Below, piece by piece: positions 58,059 through 64,000 of a DNA stretch of 64,000 nt. The notes beneath the pieces are model-generated. The model was not told the DNA's origin. It did not search any database and saw only the letters and a program-made list of their open reading frames with translations. The position numbers were made by a program, and so were the translations under genes. The stretch lies in sequence record PV029745.1; one strand, written 5' to 3'. Numbering within the stretch: the stretch's first letter is position 1; each line of letters begins with the position of its first letter.

Positions 58059-60122
58059 TTACTTCAGGCGCTTCAACAGAACCGCTTTCTCGGTCAGACG
58101 TCCACGAATAACTTCCATGTAAACGCCATCAACGGTGATCAACCGCATACGGACATTAGCAAGGCCAGATGCCGTAGCACGAGTGATCATACCTTTCAGC
58201 ACTTCACGAACAGTCGGGTGAGTTCCTTCAGAAACAAGGACGGCTTTCTCGGTCAGAACGTTCAGAGTGGTCATCTGTTCAAGAGTCCAACCTACCTGGA
58301 AGTTAACGTACTGATCGGCAACACCACGGATATCATCAACCTCAGCCATCGTTACCGAACGAGCGATAATTTGAGCTGCACACGCTTTGATGATTTGCAG
58401 TACTTGCACACCTTTCTTGTTACTGATGTAATCCAGCAGATCACCGATGTCATGTGCGAAATCACTGATGGTGATATTTTGGATCGACAGGCTATCTGCC
58501 ATGAAGTCATTGATGGAATCGGTCAGACGATCATTCAGGAAACGGAAATAGCGGATGCTCAGTTGACCGCGATTTACCATTTCTTTCAGTTCGGTAGCAA
58601 TCCCGATCAGATCGGTATAGTTACGCAGATTACTCAGCTGCTCGAAGGTTTCATCGCTAACATCCATGTGATAGATGCTCATCGATTTATATTCGTGTGC
58701 AGGCAGAGTGATCGACTGCGATTCTTCGTCGTCGCCAATGTTCAGGAGTTCCCGAACAGCAGCACGTGCTTCAGATTCGTTTTCGAGATCGTTAGCACCC
58801 ATGAACATCTTGTTATCAAGAATGATCGGACGCATTGCCGCTGCTTCACCGAGTTCATTATCCTTGACGAGGCTTTCTACTTCTTCAATACCCATTGCAT
58901 CTCCACCGATAGTAGAGATGGGAGTGGTGGAAGCATATACCACACCGTTAGGACGATATTCACGACGACGCAGGTCATCATTCAGTTCGTGTTTCAGGTA
59001 TTCCATTTGCGGGTTCCATTCAATGAATTTCTCTTTTACTACACCATCGGGGAACTTGACGAAGAAACGGCAATAGTGTTCCGGATCAACCAGAGGACTG
59101 TACGGATCTTCATCACCAACGGTCCGTTCCCAATCAACCAGTTGTGCCGGTTTAATCAGAATTCCCCCAGGGTTATGAATCTCATCGTAAGGACGAGCGA
59201 TGTTTACACGGAAACCAGTAGGTTGGTAATACATCGGATCGATCATCACCTGAGATACGTCGATCGGAACAGGGAGATCAGTATCTTCCACAACGGGTGT
59301 ATTTTGCACTTGCGGTTGTTGACTGTACATCGGTTGTTGCTCCTGTTGATGGGAGTAGCCACCGTAAATATCAGTACTGATCTCTTCCTTCGGCATCAGG
59401 GGAGCAGATGCAGCCGGAGTATCATCGTAATACGAACTGGTGGTGCTCGATACCGTGTTTGGCGCTGCGCCATAAGTACCAGCGGGTTGAGAGAAAGTAG
59501 CTTGGGTGGTTGTTGCGAACTGTCCCATGTTACCTGGGTTAATGGGAGGCAAATTACCTGCCATCTGGATACCTTGCGGTTGACCCATCATTCCCATTTG
59601 CTGTTGTTGGGGACGATAGTTACCAGATTTGTACGCTTGAATCTCTTGGAGGATCTGCTGATACATGGCTTGAGCAGTTTGCAGACCTTGGAACATATGT
59701 TGCGGAACTGCACCCATTTGCACGAGAGCAGGATACGATGCAACGCATTGACCAAGGAACGCTTCATACATACGCTGTGCAGCTTTCGGCGGAGCATCCG
59801 TCTGACTGTAGTTCTTGCAGACACACAGGAACTCAACGAAATCCACCAGGTGCTGACACCATTGTTGGAAGATCTGGTTTTGGAACCAGTTCGACGACAG
59901 CAGGTTGTACGCGAAAATATGAAGGTTGCTTTTTCCAACCGACGATTGCGCAAGCCCACGGAACAGACCAATAGCCATGAGCACCAGCTGTTGGTTATTC
60001 ATCAGGTTCTGGCTGAGTTGGAGTTGAGGTACCCGGTCATTGCCATGAGGCAGATTACCATTAAAGGTACTCTGATCGACTTGTTGGCAGGATACCGGGA
60101 GTTGAGCTTGTTGGTTGTACAT
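58059..60122 (-). CDS. Conserved hypothetical protein (phiKZ gp124-like) with a Gln/Pro/Met-rich disordered linker
   Basis: Helical N-domain; QQQQMGMMGQPQG...QQEQQPMYSQQPQ region; strongly biased codon usage. Confidence 0.7.
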   Translation of the reverse strand: MYNQQAQLPVSCQQVDQSTFNGNLPHGNDRVPQLQLSQNLMNNQQLVLMAIGLFRGLAQSSVGKSNLHIFAYNLLSSNWFQNQIFQQWCQHLVDFVEFLCVCKNYSQTDAPPKAAQRMYEAFLGQCVASYPALVQMGAVPQHMFQGLQTAQAMYQQILQEIQAYKSGNYRPQQQQMGMMGQPQGIQMAGNLPPINPGNMGQFATTTQATFSQPAGTYGAAPNTVSSTTSSYYDDTPAASAPLMPKEEISTDIYGGYSHQQEQQPMYSQQPQVQNTPVVEDTDLPVPIDVSQVMIDPMYYQPTGFRVNIARPYDEIHNPGGILIKPAQLVDWERTVGDEDPYSPLVDPEHYCRFFVKFPDGVVKEKFIEWNPQMEYLKHELNDDLRRREYRPNGVVYASTTPISTIGGDAMGIEEVESLVKDNELGEAAAMRPIILDNKMFMGANDLENESEARAAVRELLNIGDDEESQSITLPAHEYKSMSIYHMDVSDETFEQLSNLRNYTDLIGIATELKEMVNRGQLSIRYFRFLNDRLTDSINDFMADSLSIQNITISDFAHDIGDLLDYISNKKGVQVLQIIKACAAQIIARSVTMAEVDDIRGVADQYVNFQVGWTLEQMTTLNVLTEKAVLVSEGTHPTVREVLKGMITRATASGLANVRMRLITVDGVYMEVIRGRLTEKAVLLKRLK

Positions 60123-60145
60123 CTGACTTTTCCTATTTGAGAAGT

Positions 60146-61774
60146 TTAAGAGACAAAACGTTGTTGAGCTTTGTCAATAAGTTCACGATCTTCTTCACGT
60201 CGTTCAACCAATCCGTCGTATCTAACTCCGACGAAGAGGTTTAGTCGGCCACGACCATCCGGGTTGTTTTTCGGTTGGTTTTTGTATTGGCCCACCTCCG
60301 CGATCGAAGCGTGGATTAAACGAGAGCTATCACCGATTAGTGATTTGTTGTGTGCTTTAGAAGTCTTCGCGCGATCCTGCGGTACAAGGATCGAGGTTAC
60401 TTTAATAACCTTGCTATCACCAGGAGACGACAGTGTGTCGAGCTCACCGTGTTCACTGGTAAGTTTCTTAATGCACGTATTGAGTTTGAATGAACGTTTC
60501 AGGGCATCGTTGATTTCCTGTCCAGTCCACTCTTTATCTTTACGACCTTGGAACGTATACGCAAACATGGAGACAGCATAGTTAAACTCTGCCATCACAT
60601 ACCTAAGAATACTCAGGCGTTTGTCGTACATACTAGTTTCATCAATGTCAGTGGCATACAGATGGTGTGCCATATCTGTCATGATCGCATATAGCAGTTC
60701 CCAGATGGTATTGACTTTCACTCCAACTGAACGAAGTTCTTCAATGGTCATCTCATCCAGAGAGTTGTTGAAGCTATCCAGGTGAGATTCAATGTTCTCA
60801 GCAATTTTACCTTGGTGCTCGAAGTCACCAAAGATCATCAGACCGAGAATGATTCGCCATAGCTGTTTATTATCCATGTAGCTCGGCTCGTAGAACCGGC
60901 TTGGGAATGCATCTACGACGTACCAGAACCCTGCAACGAGTCGACGGACAAAGTCTGTCTCCTTGTCTTTGGGTAGAACCAGAACCATATCTCCAGTTGG
61001 ATGACGACGTTTCAGAACCGCAGATTCATAAACGTTCCATTGATCACGCGGATACTGGGACTCAGGAAAGTCTTTCAGATATCCAATTTGGATATCTACT
61101 CCAGCCCAACGCTTGAACGTTTCAACGACACCAAACTCACAGAAGAAGTAATGTGCAAGACACGACTCGATGTGCTGCCGGTTATCCAAATCACGTTTAG
61201 TGCGTTTAGACATTTCGTTGTGAATCTGAGACCAGATCACATACATCACTTCACGCTGACCATTACACATGTAGTGGTGGTCAACTTGCTTAAACGTCAG
61301 TTTGGCACGCCGGAATGGAATGAAGATACTGCCATTCAATACCGAGAAGCCGACATCAGTCAACACCGGAGAGATCGAATAGGTTGCACCATTGAGCGTA
61401 CAGATACCACCATCACGAACATATGGCAATAGTACCCTTCGTGGGAACATCATTTCGCCTTTATAGCTAGTGATCAGCTCGATCATGTACGTATTACTCT
61501 CGGCGATATTTGCTACACGCTTAGAGCCATACTCACGGGTTATCTCTTCGAAATGAACTTCGGGTTTACACAGACGGTTTCCATGATACTTGAAGTCAGC
61601 AGGGAATAGCGCCGAGTTGATTTCAAACAACTTATCAACATATGCACGAGTTGCGTTCATGCCTGTTTCTGGGTTGATCTCCATCATGTGCTTTACTGCA
61701 AGCCCATTGGCTAAATCTTTATTTAGCTTGGGTATGACACCATCAATCCTACTGATTACGTACGGGTCCATCAC
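60146..61774 (-). CDS. Non-virion RNA polymerase beta N-terminal subunit (phiKZ gp123-like)
   Basis: 542 aa; LPYVRDGGICTLNG, YSISPVLTD and IHASIAEVGQYKNQPKNNPDGRGRLN (fork-loop region); synteny near the capsid gene. Confidence 0.85.
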   Translation of the reverse strand: MMDPYVISRIDGVIPKLNKDLANGLAVKHMMEINPETGMNATRAYVDKLFEINSALFPADFKYHGNRLCKPEVHFEEITREYGSKRVANIAESNTYMIELITSYKGEMMFPRRVLLPYVRDGGICTLNGATYSISPVLTDVGFSVLNGSIFIPFRRAKLTFKQVDHHYMCNGQREVMYVIWSQIHNEMSKRTKRDLDNRQHIESCLAHYFFCEFGVVETFKRWAGVDIQIGYLKDFPESQYPRDQWNVYESAVLKRRHPTGDMVLVLPKDKETDFVRRLVAGFWYVVDAFPSRFYEPSYMDNKQLWRIILGLMIFGDFEHQGKIAENIESHLDSFNNSLDEMTIEELRSVGVKVNTIWELLYAIMTDMAHHLYATDIDETSMYDKRLSILRYVMAEFNYAVSMFAYTFQGRKDKEWTGQEINDALKRSFKLNTCIKKLTSEHGELDTLSSPGDSKVIKVTSILVPQDRAKTSKAHNKSLIGDSSRLIHASIAEVGQYKNQPKNNPDGRGRLNLFVGVRYDGLVERREEDRELIDKAQQRFVS

Positions 61775-61779
61775 CCCTC

Positions 61780-62817
61780 CTATCGCTTTCGGAATATCTT
61801 TTCGAGCAATGCATCTGCCTTGGCTACTTCAGCTAAGAAGTCCACGACAGTTCCAACTGATATATCCCTAAACAGGATGATATCTCTCACAGCCAAAGGT
61901 TCGAGTTCTTCGTCGTATAGATGTCGATGGAACATATCAAAACAATCCATACGTCTCTGAGCATCTTCCTTTGACATTCCTTTTGTACTTTCCTTTACAG
62001 CTTCTCTCCATTCACGTAAACTGGAATAGATGCCATACTTCTTAAAGTCTCCAGGTTTGATAACAATCGCTTTCGCATTATCCCGTCGCGCTGCAAATGT
62101 CACATTACCCCTTAGGTTAATATGAATACCAACAGGCATATCTGGCATGAAGACAGGCTTTACCTCAAGTAGATCGCTGCCGAATGGCATAAATACACTT
62201 TCGGTTATACGCTCATCGTCTACGAAATAAGCAACAGTTGTAGTAGTAGTCCAGATGATATCTTCCTGACGGTAGAGTTCATCGTTCTTCGAGAAGAAAC
62301 AATCGCGCGGGAAGAATGTAGTCTTCTTCGCTCGATCTGTGGAAACTACTTGAACGTTGAGCGCTTCGATCCAAAGCCCATAAGGATCGGTATCGATGTG
62401 GTCAAGGTCAACAATGAAATAGAAATCCAGTTCACATGGCGTGTTGGTTCCTTTGTTCTTAACAGAACCTACCAGTTGTTCCAGATATTCTTGAGTGAGA
62501 TTAGGCCAATGTTTAATCATCGCTCCGATATTAAGTTCTACATCGCCACCCCATGTAAAGTTGATACAAATAACAAGTCTATTTTCAATACGGTTAGTAC
62601 CCGGTAGATCCAGGACAATACCTGTTCCATCGATAATACTTATTTCATGCGTCGACTGGTTTAAGTAACGTACACGTTTATCGACGAGACCTTGACCGAA
62701 GAAAATGTTTTGGAAAACAGATGTCTGCCATCTGTCCATGTACGATGTGTCAAGAGGACACTCCAGTACGGGATCGTCCTCAATATGACCCGCACGGGAA
62801 CGGTTGATCTTTACCAT
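61780..62817 (-). CDS. Conserved hypothetical protein (345 aa)
   Basis: In an operon with the nvRNAP subunit; RBS atagga. Confidence 0.75.
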   Translation of the reverse strand: MVKINRSRAGHIEDDPVLECPLDTSYMDRWQTSVFQNIFFGQGLVDKRVRYLNQSTHEISIIDGTGIVLDLPGTNRIENRLVICINFTWGGDVELNIGAMIKHWPNLTQEYLEQLVGSVKNKGTNTPCELDFYFIVDLDHIDTDPYGLWIEALNVQVVSTDRAKKTTFFPRDCFFSKNDELYRQEDIIWTTTTTVAYFVDDERITESVFMPFGSDLLEVKPVFMPDMPVGIHINLRGNVTFAARRDNAKAIVIKPGDFKKYGIYSSLREWREAVKESTKGMSKEDAQRRMDCFDMFHRHLYDEELEPLAVRDIILFRDISVGTVVDFLAEVAKADALLEKIFRKR

Positions 62818-63259
62818 TTAAAACAATCCTATCCAATACCATTTCTACTTTACGTCCTTTGGGCCTACTCCGTTCTTGACTAGGTTCATATCGACTCGTT
62901 TGGGATGCTTTCGAATCTCTATGATTTCTGTCTCCACGTTTCCCATGCGCAACACGCGTTTTACCTTTACCCTTCCGCGTGTTGCGCGAACGTTGTTTTT
63001 CTTCAGGGGTACCTCCCGATTCATAACAACGGCCATTGGATATATTAACATGTCTTATTTGCTTCTCGAAGCGATTAGCAAAATGGGACATATTCTCATC
63101 CTGGGTAGGATGAATAGTAGTGGTGGTTTGAGAATTGGTTTGGTTAGACGTATTATTACTAACCGTAGTATTTTCTTTCATGACGACAATGTCGCCAGGA
63201 TTCATTTGGGAATCAGTGAGCTCTTGCTCAACATGATGCCCGTGTGTATTCCAGAACAT
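62780..63259 (-). CDS. Low-complexity early ORF (159 aa) overlapping the 68-aa ORF
   Basis: First ATG after the early promoter, with RBS agagga; Asn/Thr/Ser-rich then Arg/Lys-rich; the 3' half may be a shadow frame. Confidence 0.4.
   Translation of the reverse strand: MFWNTHGHHVEQELTDSQMNPGDIVVMKENTTVSNNTSNQTNSQTTTTIHPTQDENMSHFANRFEKQIRHVNISNGRCYESGGTPEEKQRSRNTRKGKGKTRVAHGKRGDRNHRDSKASQTSRYEPSQERSRPKGRKVEMVLDRIVLNGKDQPFPCGSY
62845..63051 (-). CDS. Small basic beta-rich protein (68 aa)
   Basis: Protein-like sequence that fits the operon spacing (ends 28 nt before the next start); nested in another ORF. Confidence 0.55.
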   Translation of the reverse strand: MLIYPMAVVMNREVPLKKNNVRATRGRVKVKRVLRMGNVETEIIEIRKHPKRVDMNLVKNGVGPKDVK

Positions 63260-63297
63260 TGTCTGATCCTCTAATTAGGGAATGATTCTTCAATACC

Positions 63298-63305
63298 GTA
63301 ATATA
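63298..63305 (-). promoter_or_regulatory. phiKZ-type early promoter TATATTAC
   Basis: Exact motif; upstream aaaaaatatttcaaatc on the minus strand; terminator 26 nt upstream. Confidence 0.8.
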
Positions 63306-63330
63306 GATTTGAAATATTTTTTAATGACGA

Positions 63331-63365
63331 CATAAAGCCTCTACCCGAAGGTAGAGGCTGTTATG
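63331..63365. terminator. Capsid operon terminator, CATA..TATG family
   Basis: cataaa-gcctctacc-cgaa-ggtagaggc-tgttatg; cUUCGg plus UUUAUG on the minus strand. Confidence 0.85.
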
Positions 63366-63391
63366 CCAGCAGTCAGCTTAACACTTCCGCT

Positions 63392-63478
63392 TTACCGCTC
63401 TAGGCGGCGGGCCACTCCGTCTTCAAGATAACGGGTAGTACCATTTTCAAGCTTACGGAAGGTACCCTTTCCAGTTCA
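63392..63478 (-). other. Putative in-frame readthrough extension of the major capsid protein (27 aa after UGA)
   Basis: TGA(63478-76) ACT GGA AAG ... CGG TAA(63394-92) encodes TGKGTFRKLENGTTRYLEDGVARRLER; no start codon of its own upstream of the motif. Confidence 0.55.
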
Positions 63479-64000
63479 ACCTTTTACGGCTTCAACCAGG
63501 GGCTTGTTCCACTGAGACTCACCCATCACTTCTTCGAAGCCAGTAACGTCGAATTCGAGAGCGAACGGGATGTTGTTAACGTGCAGGTTGAACGGAATCG
63601 CAGCGATTTCGCGAGTAACTTGCTGGCCACCACGGGTGATAGGCAGGTCGGCGATTACGGTCGATACGTAGTAGAATTGACCGAAGCTGAGGATGTCGTT
63701 CTCTTGCGGAGTCTTACGGGTCGGAATCACTACCAGCTTACCGTCGAACAGTTCGTTGTTGGTCGATACCAGGTCGTATTCCAGGTAAGCACCCAGGGTA
63801 CGATCGTCGCCCTTGGTCATCAGGTAGTTAGCGATCTCTTTGTCCGAGCAGAACAGGAACATCGGACGCTCGTCTTGGTTACCGGAGATCACGCGGAAAG
63901 CTGCTTCGATGTTGGATTCACGGTAAGCCGGGAACAGTACACCTTTAACAGCGTTCAGGATTGCCGAGCAGACGTCTTCCCAACGGTCTTGCGACTTCAG
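63476..64000 (-). CDS. Major capsid protein, C-terminal part (phiKZ gp120-like), truncated by the window
   Basis: Frame open from 64000 (LKSQDRWEDVC...) to the TGA; strongly optimised codons; synteny upstream of gp123-like; recalled resemblance to the gp120 C-terminus. Confidence 0.75.
   Translation of the reverse strand: MKSQDRWEDVCSAILNAVKGVLFPAYRESNIEAAFRVISGNQDERPMFLFCSDKEIANYLMTKGDDRTLGAYLEYDLVSTNNELFDGKLVVIPTRKTPQENDILSFGQFYYVSTVIADLPITRGGQQVTREIAAIPFNLHVNNIPFALEFDVTGFEEVMGESQWNKPLVEAVKG

Noticed and set aside
58218-60140. 640-aa antisense ORF over the Gln-rich core gene
   Set aside because: Shadow ORF; the Leu-rich stretches are reverse complements of Gln codons.
9067-61774. Inteins or introns in SbcC, UvsX, RuvC or the RNAP subunits
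   Set aside because: No intein junction motifs, no homing-endonuclease ORFs and no unexplained gaps; protein lengths fit uninterrupted genes.
51-63274. Numerous 60-150 aa ORFs in the track that overlap called genes
   Set aside because: They are nested in or antisense to better-supported genes and lack RBSs or recognisable motifs.

Overview
This window is a gene-dense 64 kb segment of a phiKZ-like (Chimalliviridae, nucleus-forming) jumbo phage, most likely Pseudomonas-infecting, since the endolysin closely follows the phiKZ gp144 layout. Gene order matches my recollection of phiKZ from about gp176 (left) down to gp120 (right). All phiKZ gp numbers are recalled from sequence resemblance and synteny, not from a database search. 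Core genes: virion RNAP subunits, prohead protease, SbcC-like ATPase, tail spike plus PAAR tip, internal head proteins, RNase H, UvsX, collagen-like and NPH-repeat fibre clusters, a lysis cassette, RuvC, portal, a non-virion RNAP subunit and the 3' end of the major capsid gene. Leftward accessory cassettes driven by TATATTAC early promoters are interspersed, and about 20 related hairpin terminators occur, many with CATA...TATG flanks. No tRNA, rRNA, CRISPR array, integrase, transposase, intein or reverse transcriptase was seen. Most notable observations: (1) the capsid UGA stop is followed by 27 in-frame sense codons encoding an R-x-L-E-[DN]-G triple motif also found at the end of another virion protein, suggesting stop-codon readthrough; (2) two tandem prohead-protease paralogues keep the catalytic His but have Gly at the Ser position; (3) an intact plus degenerate 2OG-Fe(II) oxygenase pair lies in the fibre operon; (4) a second spanin-like pair; (5) repeated terminator-plus-early-promoter modules.
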